A stretch of 32,175 nucleotides of DNA from Chloroflexota bacterium (lineage in GTDB: Bacteria; Chloroflexota; Anaerolineae; JACRMK01): positions 1 through 32,175 of the forward strand of contig JACQEC010000097.1 of NCBI GenBank assembly GCA_016200765.1, read 5' to 3'. Of this stretch, positions 1-9,797 are shown piece by piece; position 1 is the first letter of the stretch, and the number at the start of each line of letters is the position of its first letter. A model generated the notes under the pieces. The model made no database searches, had not been told where the DNA came from, and worked only from the letters and a program-made list of their open reading frames with translations. A program made the translations under genes and the position numbers.

Positions 1-105
1 CAACCGCGCACACCGGCCATGGCGGCTAACCTCACCGACCACATCTGGTCCATGGATGAACTACTCAGCTTCCGCATCCCGCCAAAGCATTTATGGGCCG
101 TTTAG
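1..105 (+). CDS. IS1-family transposase, C-terminal fragment (partial, runs off window)
   Basis: Frame 1 reads [34 protein letters not shown]. RTPAMAAxLTDHxW is the typical C-terminal motif of IS1-family (ISMhu11-like) transposases. Confidence 0.8.
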   Translation, partial: QPRTPAMAANLTDHIWSMDELLSFRIPPKHLWAV

Positions 106-133
106 AGCCGTGCCTCATTAAAGGGACACTACC
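1..133 (+). mobile_element. Right end of an IS1-family insertion sequence
   Basis: Transposase tail followed by ...AAGGGACACTACC ending at 133. The reverse complement GGTAGTGTCCC is an IS1-type GGT-starting terminal IR. It abuts and truncates the mcrB-like gene. Confidence 0.75.
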
Positions 134-2253
134 TAATCTTCGTAACAGTACTCTTCAAGTAGCGGCACGATATCGTCTTGCACGACGCGCGCCAATGTCA
201 CGAAATCGCCGATGGGCCTGCCTTGCTTAAACAGATAGGCGTGGCCGACTTGCAGGTTGCGCGCGTCACGCCCGATATGCTGGCGGATTCGGTTGTTCAG
301 TGCCTCCAGCCACGCACCGAGCGGAATGCCCTGAACCACAGCATCGCGCAGCAGGCCGCTGTCCGGCATCAATTCCACAAATCCAAACCGCCGGCGCAAC
401 GCCGTATCCAGCAGCGCTATCGAGCGGTCAGCAGTGTTCATCGTGCCGATGACATATACATTCTCCGGCACTTTGAACGGTCTCCCCGACAGCGGCAGGA
501 GGATCGACTGCCCGCGTTTGTCCTTTTCCAGGACGGTCAACAGTTCGCCAAAAATACGCGGGATGTCGCCCCGGTTGATCTCGTCGATGATCAGGTAGTA
601 ACGATGTTTAGGGTCATGGCTCGCATCAGCGCACAGCCGCAAGAAGATGCCATCGTGTTTTTCAAACGCCAGCCGTTGGTCGGTCGAGATGGGCTTATAC
701 CCCTCAAGAAAATCTTCATAACCATACGCGGGATGGAATGAGCACATGCGTACCAACCCGCTCGCCCCATCCGTTCCGCCGGTCACTACGCCACTTTGTT
801 CAGCCGTCAATTGATCGAACGCTGTCCCAAAGCGGTGGTACGCCGCCAGGTCGCGCGCTGTCCGCAATGCCCAGTACGTCTTTCCAGTCCCGGGCGGCCC
901 ATAGACGATCATCTGTCCTTTGCGCTCTAGAATCGCCTGAATGCGACCGCGGGTCCCGTCTAACCGTGGAATGATGGGCTCCGATGGCGAGACTGGTTCA
1001 GCCGGCGATGCAGGTGGCAATGCCGGTGCGTTGACTTTGGTTGGCCCTGCCCTCGCGATCCGTCGTTCGATTGCAATCAGGTTATCGACTGGCTCCCTGA
1101 CTTGAAACACTGTCGTTCGCAACCCTACCTTTGCATCCGGCATTTGCCATGTATCCAGATTGAGCCATTGAACGGCGCGGCGGTGCGGGATATCAGAGCC
1201 CGACGCATAGGTATAGCTTGCAACAACCCTCCCGATTCCCAGCAACGTCATGCCGTTCGCGGTCAATACCAAATCACCATCAGAAATCCGCGCCGTGAAA
1301 TTGAGGACTTCGCGCACTTTTCTACCAAGTATTTGAGCGTTGTACTCATAGTTCTTTGCCAAAAGGTCGCGCAGTCTTTCACGAGACGCGTCGTCATAAG
1401 TAACCCAAGAAAGGTCGCCAAGCTTATCCCAGCCAATCGCTACAAAATCCCCGTCGCGCATCGCACCCCAACGACTATACGCTTCGTCCTCGCCAAGGGT
1501 CGTCCCGATGCGCCAATACGCATGCGGATTGCCATCACGCCGGTTCAGCACCGTCGTCATATGGTTGAGTGTCATATTCAGTTCACGCGCAAGGGCGACG
1601 AAGCGGCCCGCCACCGCATAGCGTCCATCTATATCTGGCGGCAATTCCAGCAATTTGATCAAGTGGTAACGCTGGTACTCTGCATTGTGATAGTCATCCA
1701 GCTTCTCTGGGTACAACAGGCTGAAATACTTGTGCCCCCAGGCCGAATCACTCACATCTGGTGCGACCGTATTCATCTGCTTCTGCAGCTGCGCGTACTC
1801 CACATCGGGCGCATTCGCCGGTAAGGTGTCCAGCACCTCACACCCTTTCAGTAATTGGTCTCGGTGCTTGCGCGCAATCTCAACTGCTTCCGCCACCGTG
1901 AGCTCCACTTGCTTGGATGGGCTGCCCGTCATCCACGTTCCGGTCTCTCGGCGGCGATAAATGCCGAACTTCAGCGCGCTGCCGCCTGCGATGCTGCCAA
2001 AGATCGCTGGCAGCTCGTCATCATTCTTGAATTCAAGCCAATAGACCAGACTGTCACGATTGGCAGGGTCGTGCGCGTGCAGGGTGTTCAGTAGAGCCTC
2101 GCCGTCTAGGTTGCGCAGCGCCGCCGGGCCGAACCGCTTACGAAAGGTATCATAATACCCGCGAAGTTGGTCTCGCGATGACAGCGCACCTTCAGCCGTC
2201 ATCTTGTCGTGCAGCTGATTCAACTCATCGGCAATTCGCGTGTCCAGTGTCAT
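133..2253 (-). CDS. mcrB: McrB-like AAA+ GTPase of a type IV (modification-dependent) restriction system, probably 3'-truncated by the IS
   Basis: Walker A GPPGTGKT, Walker B IIDEINRG, McrB signature MNTADRS and FHPAYGYEDFLEG. The middle region (YWRIGT...VAIGW...GDLVL...GIGRV...HRRAVQW) resembles an EVE/PUA-like DNA-reading domain. SD GAAGGA lies upstream of the ATG. The stop codon is completed by the terminal base of the IS. Confidence 0.88.
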   Translation of the reverse strand: MTLDTRIADELNQLHDKMTAEGALSSRDQLRGYYDTFRKRFGPAALRNLDGEALLNTLHAHDPANRDSLVYWLEFKNDDELPAIFGSIAGGSALKFGIYRRRETGTWMTGSPSKQVELTVAEAVEIARKHRDQLLKGCEVLDTLPANAPDVEYAQLQKQMNTVAPDVSDSAWGHKYFSLLYPEKLDDYHNAEYQRYHLIKLLELPPDIDGRYAVAGRFVALARELNMTLNHMTTVLNRRDGNPHAYWRIGTTLGEDEAYSRWGAMRDGDFVAIGWDKLGDLSWVTYDDASRERLRDLLAKNYEYNAQILGRKVREVLNFTARISDGDLVLTANGMTLLGIGRVVASYTYASGSDIPHRRAVQWLNLDTWQMPDAKVGLRTTVFQVREPVDNLIAIERRIARAGPTKVNAPALPPASPAEPVSPSEPIIPRLDGTRGRIQAILERKGQMIVYGPPGTGKTYWALRTARDLAAYHRFGTAFDQLTAEQSGVVTGGTDGASGLVRMCSFHPAYGYEDFLEGYKPISTDQRLAFEKHDGIFLRLCADASHDPKHRYYLIIDEINRGDIPRIFGELLTVLEKDKRGQSILLPLSGRPFKVPENVYVIGTMNTADRSIALLDTALRRRFGFVELMPDSGLLRDAVVQGIPLGAWLEALNNRIRQHIGRDARNLQVGHAYLFKQGRPIGDFVTLARVVQDDIVPLLEEYCYED

Positions 2254-2292
2254 GTTAGTTCCTTCTGCATTCCGTTTTGCGTTTCGCTGCGG

Positions 2293-2976
2293 TCATCGCC
2301 ACAGACGCTTCCTGCTTATCTCATCGCGAACGTAATCGAGGTAATGATCAATCGTCGCCGAATAAAATGGCTGCCGCATGCTGGGCTGATGCGGAAACGG
2401 AAATATATCCCGGCCCAAACGATTCTGGCTCGCTGTCAAGTGCGAGAAATGCCCCGGGCGGCCCGCCTCCTCATGCGCACGGTAATCCCAATACGCTTTC
2501 ACAAAAGGCGACGAGCCTGCGTTGATGATCAACGCCAGCACCGGTTCACCTAACGTGATGACCGGGACGCTTTCGTACGGAGCCAACTCAGTCGCCAAAA
2601 CGGGAAGCCATGCTTCAGCAAATCTTCGGAGAACCGATTTGTCGGCAATCTTTGTCGGCTGTACGACGAAAAAATTCTTGAGCAGGTTGGTCGCGTACAC
2701 GTTTTCTTCGAGCTGAATTCCCAAGCCGCTACACAACTTTGCAAGATAGGTCTTCAGGCTGCCGCCGCGATCGAGATTGAGGACGGTTCTGATCTTACGC
2801 CTACCCTTCTCACTCAGTACGGTTGGGTCCTGGCCGAGGATGATCAGCCGAACCTCTCCAGTGCCGCAATAGACCTTGGGAATTTGCAGGTTGACATCGA
2901 CGAACGTCCGAAGCTGGAGATCGGCCAGCAGTCTCTGTCGAGTTGCTTCAACGTGTGGTTCAATCACGATCAGCAC
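2293..2976 (-). CDS. Uracil-DNA glycosylase superfamily protein
   Basis: UDG motif A ILGQDPT, YATNLLK segment, ITLG strand and a C-terminal FPHQPS (HPS-like motif B). Start codon uncertain (GTG at 2976 or 2967). Confidence 0.75.
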   Translation of the reverse strand: MLIVIEPHVEATRQRLLADLQLRTFVDVNLQIPKVYCGTGEVRLIILGQDPTVLSEKGRRKIRTVLNLDRGGSLKTYLAKLCSGLGIQLEENVYATNLLKNFFVVQPTKIADKSVLRRFAEAWLPVLATELAPYESVPVITLGEPVLALIINAGSSPFVKAYWDYRAHEEAGRPGHFSHLTASQNRLGRDIFPFPHQPSMRQPFYSATIDHYLDYVRDEISRKRLWR

Positions 2977-3081
2977 GAGTTTCGCTTTTCAAGTAGCGGC
3001 TACTCTCCCTTGTCACCGGCTAGAGCCATCGTCCCATACGTCGACGTCGTGTTAACAAACCATACGCTGGTCGGCCCCACC

Positions 3082-5103
3082 TTATGCCATCCCCAGCGCC
3101 TTCAGCGCCGCCCCCAGCGGCTCCGAATAGAAGATCGGGTCCACTTTTTCCAGCAGGTCTCCCGGCACGTCCAGGAACTGCCGCTTGTTGCTCACGGGGA
3201 TGAGCACCTTTTTCGCTCCGTTATCAACCATCACTTGCAGCGGCTCGATTAGAGAGCGCAGTGGCACAATATTGCCCTGGATCGTCATGTCGCCAAGTAC
3301 GACCAGTCCGGCCAGCGTCGTCCGGTCGCGCAGTAGCGAATAGAGCGCCACGAAGAAGGCGACGCTCGCCTGCGAACCTTCTTTGGCCTGTGCGAGATCG
3401 ACGATCTGGACGTGAAAGTCTGCGCTGTCGAGCTGCCGCTCGATACCCAGCATCGCTTTATTCGCGCGTACGTAATCAAACGCCGTCATGAGCGAATCGC
3501 GCATTAACCGGTCTGGGCTGCCGCTGATGCGCAGCTTGCCGGAGCCCATCATCATGGTGACTTCGATCCGGTGCAGCGCCACCACCTGCTCATTCGTCAA
3601 TGCCGCGCCATACACGCTCCCTGCCGGCAGCGGGTCCGACGCAATCAGATCGGCGCGTCCCTGTTCCGGCACGCCAACATAGCGTTCCTGCATCGTCTCG
3701 TTGTCAATGTACGAAAAAGACGTCTGGTAATACTCGAATGCCCCCATTTTCTTGAGCTGCTCTTTGACGCGCCGCCGCCCTTCCAGCGCAATTTCCACAT
3801 ACTCGCGCAACTCTTCTTTTGGAGGATTTCCTGATGGGTGCAATAGCTTAATCAGTCCAGAGACTGTCCGGCGGACGGCCTTCGCATCCCGCGTATTCAG
3901 ATCAGTACCTAGCGCGAAGTATTGATCGAGTTGGTTAGCGTAGTTGTGACGACGCAGCTCTCGGAATGCTTCAGCCAAATAGTCCACCACGAAGCCATAG
4001 TGCTCTGTCAAGAACTCGTTGCGCATCTTGGGTATTTCCCAGCCGGGGATATAAAAATGTAGGCGGTCAATCAGCGCCATATCTTGCATGTCTTCTGGCA
4101 GAGGTTGAAACAAGTGACTGGTACGCACCAACATATCCACCGGCTGATTGATGTTGCCAGCAAAGACTACCGAGGCTTCAGCGACCAACTCCTCGCGCCC
4201 ACGACTGAAGCTGCCGCTCTCCATGTAATCCTTCAATATCTGGATGGCCGTCTTGTCGTCGAATTTGATGCCGGCCACCTCGTCAAACGCGACCACATCC
4301 CAGCGCCCGACGAGGCCGACTTGGCGCGTGCTCATGTTGTAGAACAGGTTGGCAACGGTCGTCTTGCCGCCGGATATCAGGATGGCATACGGCGAGAGGT
4401 CGCGGTAGACGTACGACTTCCCGGTGCCGCGCGGCCCGAGCTCAATCAGGTTGTAGTTACGTTGGGTCATCGGGATCAAGCGCACCAGCATCAGCAATTT
4501 GATGCGCCGGCTGAACTGTGATGGCTCTAGCCCGATGCTACGGATGAGCAGATCAATCCATTCATCGGTCGTGAAAGATGTCCGGCGCGCACAATAGTCG
4601 TCCAGACTAAACGTCGCTAGCTGAATCGGTTTGAGCGCGGTGATATAGAAGGGGCGCGCCTTGTCGTTCTCGTCGCCCTCGCCGCGGAACTCGATTTCCA
4701 CCTGGGACCAGACACCACCCTCCAGCAGCCGCTCGTATTGGCGCACGAACTGATCGGGGATGTGAACAAAGCGGTGGCTGAAATTGACCAACTCGGCCCA
4801 ATACTTGGTGCCATCGAGGCGCACCAGCACCTTGTCGATGAACGTCTGCTTACCCCGCTCCTTCGTGCGCGACTGGCCCTTCATCGCCTCGTCAGGCCGG
4901 ATGATGCTGGAGGCCAATGTGCTGTTGACAAGCCGCAGCCCAGCCTCGATCGCGATGGGATCATCTGTCGCGCAATACTTGCCCAGCAGATACTCGAGCA
5001 CATAGCCCGGCACGTTGGCGCCGACCTTGACCTCGCGCACGAGGTCTTTGCGCACCACCCGCCCTGCAAAGATGTCAACGACTTTGCGATCCAACTCTGG
5101 CAT
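3082..5103 (-). CDS. brxL: BREX Lon-like AAA+ protein BrxL
   Basis: N-terminal GRVVRKDL...NVPGYVLEYLLGKYC, Walker A ELGPRGTGKS, VAFDEVAG, KDYMESGSFSRG and a C-terminal Lon-protease-like fold. Directly downstream of pglZ. Confidence 0.95.
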   Translation of the reverse strand: MPELDRKVVDIFAGRVVRKDLVREVKVGANVPGYVLEYLLGKYCATDDPIAIEAGLRLVNSTLASSIIRPDEAMKGQSRTKERGKQTFIDKVLVRLDGTKYWAELVNFSHRFVHIPDQFVRQYERLLEGGVWSQVEIEFRGEGDENDKARPFYITALKPIQLATFSLDDYCARRTSFTTDEWIDLLIRSIGLEPSQFSRRIKLLMLVRLIPMTQRNYNLIELGPRGTGKSYVYRDLSPYAILISGGKTTVANLFYNMSTRQVGLVGRWDVVAFDEVAGIKFDDKTAIQILKDYMESGSFSRGREELVAEASVVFAGNINQPVDMLVRTSHLFQPLPEDMQDMALIDRLHFYIPGWEIPKMRNEFLTEHYGFVVDYLAEAFRELRRHNYANQLDQYFALGTDLNTRDAKAVRRTVSGLIKLLHPSGNPPKEELREYVEIALEGRRRVKEQLKKMGAFEYYQTSFSYIDNETMQERYVGVPEQGRADLIASDPLPAGSVYGAALTNEQVVALHRIEVTMMMGSGKLRISGSPDRLMRDSLMTAFDYVRANKAMLGIERQLDSADFHVQIVDLAQAKEGSQASVAFFVALYSLLRDRTTLAGLVVLGDMTIQGNIVPLRSLIEPLQVMVDNGAKKVLIPVSNKRQFLDVPGDLLEKVDPIFYSEPLGAALKALGMA

Positions 5104-5111
5104 GAGAACTC

Positions 5112-7706
5112 CTACAAGGCAATTTCAATCGGCAGGTCGGCCCTACTGGCCAATTTTGTGCCTGTGTCCGAGTCGAGCAGGTAGAGTGCAACTTGGGCTA
5201 CTTGGGGAACCTCTGTCACCTGCAAAGTAACCGAATTGGGCATGATCCGCTGCGGGTCGGCGGGATCCGTGGCCAGGGCCACATCGCCGGTCGCTGCCTG
5301 GAAGCCGTATGCCGCCGCCACTGGCACCGAAATGACCTGGTCGCCGGCGCGCAACTCCAGGCGCACGCGCGGCGCGGACGCGAGCATTACCTGCGCTTCT
5401 GCCTGGATCGTGACCGAGAAAAAGCGCGTTGTAATTTTGGCCGCGCCGGGCACGAGTGTCCAGCTGAAGGCAGGCGCACCCGTCACGGGCGCCAGCTCGC
5501 CCGCCGCGACCGTCAGCACCGGGATGACGATTTCCTGCAGCGACAGCCCGCCGTGCGAATAGACCATCGAGCCGCCCTGCACCTTGAACCAGGCGAGACC
5601 AAACGGTGTGACCAGCTCGAGATCGCCGCTCAAGCCAAACGCGGCGACCGGCGTTCGCAGGCATCCGGGTATGGCCGAGCCACCGTTGCCCACCCACACG
5701 CGTCGATGCAGGTCGGCCGTATCGCCGCCAGGCGCGTCAATGGTCTCCGCCTCGATCAGCTTTGGCCCGAACAGGTAGCCGTGGTCAGCCGTGATGATAG
5801 CCTTTCGCACACCAACGCCAAAGAGCGAGCGCAGCCCGCGCCGCAACTGGTTGAACACATCGTCTTGCATCTGGCGCGCCAGGTTCGGGTTGTTCTCCCA
5901 GAGGCCGTCGATCTCGTCGCTGGCCGTGACGACGATCAGTCGGGCGCCAGCCAGCTTGCTCCGCAGTTGCCTGCTATTGAGTGGCGCCAGCTGGCTTAAC
6001 TCAACGACGGCCACCGTCTCCCCGACCTGCTTCTGCAGATGCTTCAGCCGCTCCTGGCTATTCTTGACGATCGTGCCGCCAATCTCGATGCCCAATTTGC
6101 CACCGCCGAGCGCAACGAGTCCGAGCCCGCGTTCGGCGCCCGGCATCAGCGCCGCCATGCCGACCGGGGTAATCGTTGGCGGGGTGGCAAGCGCCGGCGA
6201 CAGGTCAGCTTTGAAATCCACCGCCAGCAGCTCTGCGAACTCGCGCGCCATCTCGAAGCGCAGGGCATCGACCAGGATGTAGGCCATCTTGTCCTCGGCC
6301 AGCGCGGTCGCAACGAACGAACGGAAGATGTCTGTCTGGTGCGTCCCGCCGGGCAGGTCGAAGTGGACGGCCTCGTAACCGTGAATGAAGCGGTTGGCCA
6401 GCTCATCGATCACCTCGCGATAACGCTGCTGCGCCCGGGTCACGAGTTGCACCAGCCTATCGTGGATGCCGTCTTCCGGGTCAAAGCGATGGTAGTCCCG
6501 CTCCAGATGGCGATAGGCGCGATCCAACTCGCACCACGGGGCGTCTCCGCTGGTATAACGCACGTACAGTGCGTCAGCCGATAGCGTCTGCGCTTTCAGC
6601 TCGCGCGCGATCCGGTTCGCCGTTTCCAGCACAAGCCCGGCTTGAGCGATGACTTGCCAGCGCAGCTTGCTTTCAGGTTTCTGCGTGCTCCAGAAACCAT
6701 CCGCGCGCCCGCGTGCCAATTCCATCAGCAGGCCATTTCCCTTACTGCCCACTTCCGCTTCAACCAGCGCTTGCAGCGCCGTCTCTGTGCGGTAGAACGT
6801 CTCGCTCTCCTTGAGCACGTGCGGCTCCCAGGCCAAGTCGCCCAGGCCCAGCTCGGCTTCCACCCGTTGGGCCGCCTGCGCGTAACTTGCGCCCAGATCG
6901 CGGCGCTGCCGCCAGGCACGCACGACTTGAACTGCCGTCTCGCGCGCCGCCTTGCCATGGGCGTGCGCGACCGTGCTTAGCCGCTCGGGCGCAGGACCGT
7001 TCAGCAATGCGAGGAACTCTGTCGTCAGCAGGTAGCGCGCCAGCAACGTCCGGATGGCGGAGAGGACGGACTGGATCGGAATCGCAATTTCGAATGCGTT
7101 CGCGAACAGCTCCCTCAACGGCTTGATCGCGCTGCGCCCTCGGATCGTCTCGTCCAACTCCGGCTCGCTCAAGAATCGGAGCGAGATCTCCTGGACGTTG
7201 CCGGAGTTGAAGATAATGGCCAGCACACCGGCATCGCCCGCGTTCTGCTCGGCGCGTGTATCCAGGTCCGCCAGGCTCAAACTGCCGGCCTCGACCTCTG
7301 CGACAATCTTGGCGACGACCGCGGCAGGCAGCAGCGGTTCCAATGCCACGCGCGCTACAGCCGCCAGCCGCGTATTGCACTCCGGCGGCTGCTGGCCGGG
7401 CTGCATCACGACGCCGACCAAGGCGAACTCAACCAGCGCGTGGTGCGTGTCAGCCTGCGCTAGCGGCACGTAGATCACCATGCGGGGCGACTCTCCGGAT
7501 TGCGCGTTCCAGAGGGTCTCCATATCGCGCCGGAGCGCCACGAACCCGCGCTCTTTCCGGTAGACGAAGAGCGGCGCACCGCTCAACGATGCCATGCTTG
7601 AGACCGCAGCGAGGTAGGCTCCTTCCGGGTCGAACCAGACGACGGTGCGATGGGCTTCGACCTGGGTGCGGATCAGTTCAAAGAGTTTGTCGGTGACCAA
7701 CCCCAT
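5112..7706 (-). CDS. pglZ: BREX PglZ-domain phosphodiesterase/alkaline-phosphatase-family protein
   Basis: Motifs ILVDALRFEMA, PTITPVGMAALMPG, ITADHGY and HGGLSLQEIVIP, plus N-terminal VWFDP. Start set at ATG 7706 (MGLVTDK), 8 bp after the upstream stop. Confidence 0.93.
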   Translation of the reverse strand: MGLVTDKLFELIRTQVEAHRTVVWFDPEGAYLAAVSSMASLSGAPLFVYRKERGFVALRRDMETLWNAQSGESPRMVIYVPLAQADTHHALVEFALVGVVMQPGQQPPECNTRLAAVARVALEPLLPAAVVAKIVAEVEAGSLSLADLDTRAEQNAGDAGVLAIIFNSGNVQEISLRFLSEPELDETIRGRSAIKPLRELFANAFEIAIPIQSVLSAIRTLLARYLLTTEFLALLNGPAPERLSTVAHAHGKAARETAVQVVRAWRQRRDLGASYAQAAQRVEAELGLGDLAWEPHVLKESETFYRTETALQALVEAEVGSKGNGLLMELARGRADGFWSTQKPESKLRWQVIAQAGLVLETANRIARELKAQTLSADALYVRYTSGDAPWCELDRAYRHLERDYHRFDPEDGIHDRLVQLVTRAQQRYREVIDELANRFIHGYEAVHFDLPGGTHQTDIFRSFVATALAEDKMAYILVDALRFEMAREFAELLAVDFKADLSPALATPPTITPVGMAALMPGAERGLGLVALGGGKLGIEIGGTIVKNSQERLKHLQKQVGETVAVVELSQLAPLNSRQLRSKLAGARLIVVTASDEIDGLWENNPNLARQMQDDVFNQLRRGLRSLFGVGVRKAIITADHGYLFGPKLIEAETIDAPGGDTADLHRRVWVGNGGSAIPGCLRTPVAAFGLSGDLELVTPFGLAWFKVQGGSMVYSHGGLSLQEIVIPVLTVAAGELAPVTGAPAFSWTLVPGAAKITTRFFSVTIQAEAQVMLASAPRVRLELRAGDQVISVPVAAAYGFQAATGDVALATDPADPQRIMPNSVTLQVTEVPQVAQVALYLLDSDTGTKLASRADLPIEIAL

Positions 7707-7714
7707 AGGCGCCC

Positions 7715-9757
7715 CTATCCTTTGACCAGCCCTTTGGCGCGCAGTTGCTGGCTGATTGAGCTCCACGCATACTTGCCATCCAGCAGGTCGGCCCAGGCCT
7801 TCTGCGCTTCCTTCCAGGGGACCAGCTCATACAACGGCGCAATGTTTAGCAGTACGCCATCGTTCAGGTCCGGGTGGAGGTCCAGCCGCGCAATGCGGTC
7901 AATTGTTTTCTGGAATGTCTTGATTTCATCAACCAGATCAGCCTGCGCGGCCAGCGCGCGCTCCTGTGCCCTGCGCGGCGCGCCTTTCAGGTCTGCTGCC
8001 ACAGACTGCAGGTCGGAAAGCCGCTGGGCTTCAAGATTGAGCTTGGCATCCACATAATCGCGGCCCACGCGGTAGAGTGTGTCTGGGCCCAAGCGATGAT
8101 AGTAGAGCCAGATGCCATAGTTGCGGTTGCGGGATTGCAGCAGCCAGTAGATCGGCGCTTTGCGCCGGCTCTTTGAGTAGCGCTTGATGTGGAAGTCGAA
8201 GAAGTGACGGGGCTGGCGGAAGTATTCGCGCAGGGAGCCGACGCCCAGAATCTCGCAGGCTTCCTGTTCGATTGCGTCCGCCCGCTCGCGCCACAAAAGG
8301 CCGAGGACGGCCCGCACTTGCTTGACGATGTCGTCGGGGTGACGCTCATCGTCGGGCAGGATGCCGTCCCAAGCTATTTTGAGCGGATAGGCCGCATCCG
8401 GAATCGTGGCGGGCGAGTCGTCGAGCGCGGCCGCATCCGGCAGGGTGATCACATTCGGGCGCGCTTGCAACCACGCCTCACTGACGATCGTTCCCGGCTG
8501 GGCTGGCAAGCCATCTGGCCCGACGAGCATGCCTGGCGAGCAACAAGGGAGCGGCTCGAACGGACCCTGCAATTCCGGTAACAGCGACTGGTCAAGCGCG
8601 AAGCGCACGTCCCAGCGACCAAAGGCACAGCCGAGGCACCACATGAGGAAACCTTCTATCGTCGCCTGTGGGTCGTCTGAAAGTAATTCGTCGGGTTCCG
8701 TTTCGGTGTCCACCTCTTGCGCATCTTCTTCGATGCCTGTGTTTTCGACCAACCCGTTGACGTCGCTAGACTCGACGAAATCCTCTGGCGCTAGGCCATA
8801 CAATTGGGCGACTCGTTGATCTATTCGGTTCTGCACTTCCATCAGTTGTGATTGGGTTATTTCATATGCCTCTGCGCTTAGTCTGGCGCCGGATATTGGC
8901 GACTCCCGCCCCAATCGGGCGAGAACAGTCAGCGAAAACGCGTGAGTTGTCTCGTCACTTTTATCCAAGCTGCGAGTCAATTCGTAAGCGCGAAACGACT
9001 GGGTTGACAAGTCTGTAGGGTCGCCCAATGGGGGGATAGGAGTTCGTTGCAGTACACCAACTTCATATGAACCAAATGCCATCTGCAATGTAAGCAGGTG
9101 ATGCCAAATAGCTGAATTCATCAATCCAAGTAGCGCAAGCAGATCTTCGTTGTTGTCATCACTTGTAAAGACTGAAGGCCCTTTGTGACTAAAAATGGAT
9201 TTCCCAGGTAGAGCTCTTGCGCTGAATCCCTTTTGTGTCCTAAGCGGATATGTCAAGCCTTGTCGAAAATAGTACTCACTGTTTGCAATACGCCTAGACC
9301 AATGAGTAGTTCCAGGATCAAACGGATTCTGGGTCACCCATTCTTTCAATTCTTTGCCATTATTGTGCCAGTTGATAACCAACTGGATATCACTGTAGAA
9401 TTTCGAATACTCGCCTCCCTTACTGAGCGGGATCCACGAGCTTCCTAAATCGGTAGTTTTAGCTTCCCACCACAATCTGACGAATCGAAAATCATCACTC
9501 GTGGATAGACCGATTTTTACCACACGATCTTTACTTTCAAAGCGAGGATATCGCCCAAATATTGAAAGCACCCTTTTGCTAGCCCAATATGCGATTGGTG
9601 AGCCCGGGATTTGCCTGAAAGCGTCCGCTTCTATGGCAAACCTGTTAGCAACCGACCGATTAGCATTCAGCGCCTGCACCTGCGCGGCTAAGCGCTCGCC
9701 CTTGTCCTCAATCTCGGTTTTCAACAGGCGGAAGAATACGGTCGGTTCAGCGCTCAT
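7715..9757 (-). CDS. PglX-like methyltransferase #2, C-terminal half (target-recognition domain plus C-terminal region) as a separate ORF
   Basis: FRQIPGSPIAYW, GLSTSDDFRFVRLWWE, WIPLSKGGEYSKFY, YYFRQGLTY, HIKRYSKSRRKAPIYW and PDLNDGVLLNIAPL are PglX C-terminal features. No SAM-binding or NPP motif. Has its own ATG at 9757. Confidence 0.85.
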   Translation of the reverse strand: MSAEPTVFFRLLKTEIEDKGERLAAQVQALNANRSVANRFAIEADAFRQIPGSPIAYWASKRVLSIFGRYPRFESKDRVVKIGLSTSDDFRFVRLWWEAKTTDLGSSWIPLSKGGEYSKFYSDIQLVINWHNNGKELKEWVTQNPFDPGTTHWSRRIANSEYYFRQGLTYPLRTQKGFSARALPGKSIFSHKGPSVFTSDDNNEDLLALLGLMNSAIWHHLLTLQMAFGSYEVGVLQRTPIPPLGDPTDLSTQSFRAYELTRSLDKSDETTHAFSLTVLARLGRESPISGARLSAEAYEITQSQLMEVQNRIDQRVAQLYGLAPEDFVESSDVNGLVENTGIEEDAQEVDTETEPDELLSDDPQATIEGFLMWCLGCAFGRWDVRFALDQSLLPELQGPFEPLPCCSPGMLVGPDGLPAQPGTIVSEAWLQARPNVITLPDAAALDDSPATIPDAAYPLKIAWDGILPDDERHPDDIVKQVRAVLGLLWRERADAIEQEACEILGVGSLREYFRQPRHFFDFHIKRYSKSRRKAPIYWLLQSRNRNYGIWLYYHRLGPDTLYRVGRDYVDAKLNLEAQRLSDLQSVAADLKGAPRRAQERALAAQADLVDEIKTFQKTIDRIARLDLHPDLNDGVLLNIAPLYELVPWKEAQKAWADLLDGKYAWSSISQQLRAKGLVKG

Positions 9758-9797
9758 CAATTATCCATTTCAACAGGCGGTCAAGCACGTCGCACCA

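Noticed and set aside
3038-3057. Palindromes ACGTCGACGT and TGTTAACA between brxL and the UDG-like gene
   Set aside because: Short, single occurrence, and no terminator U-tract or convincing promoter.
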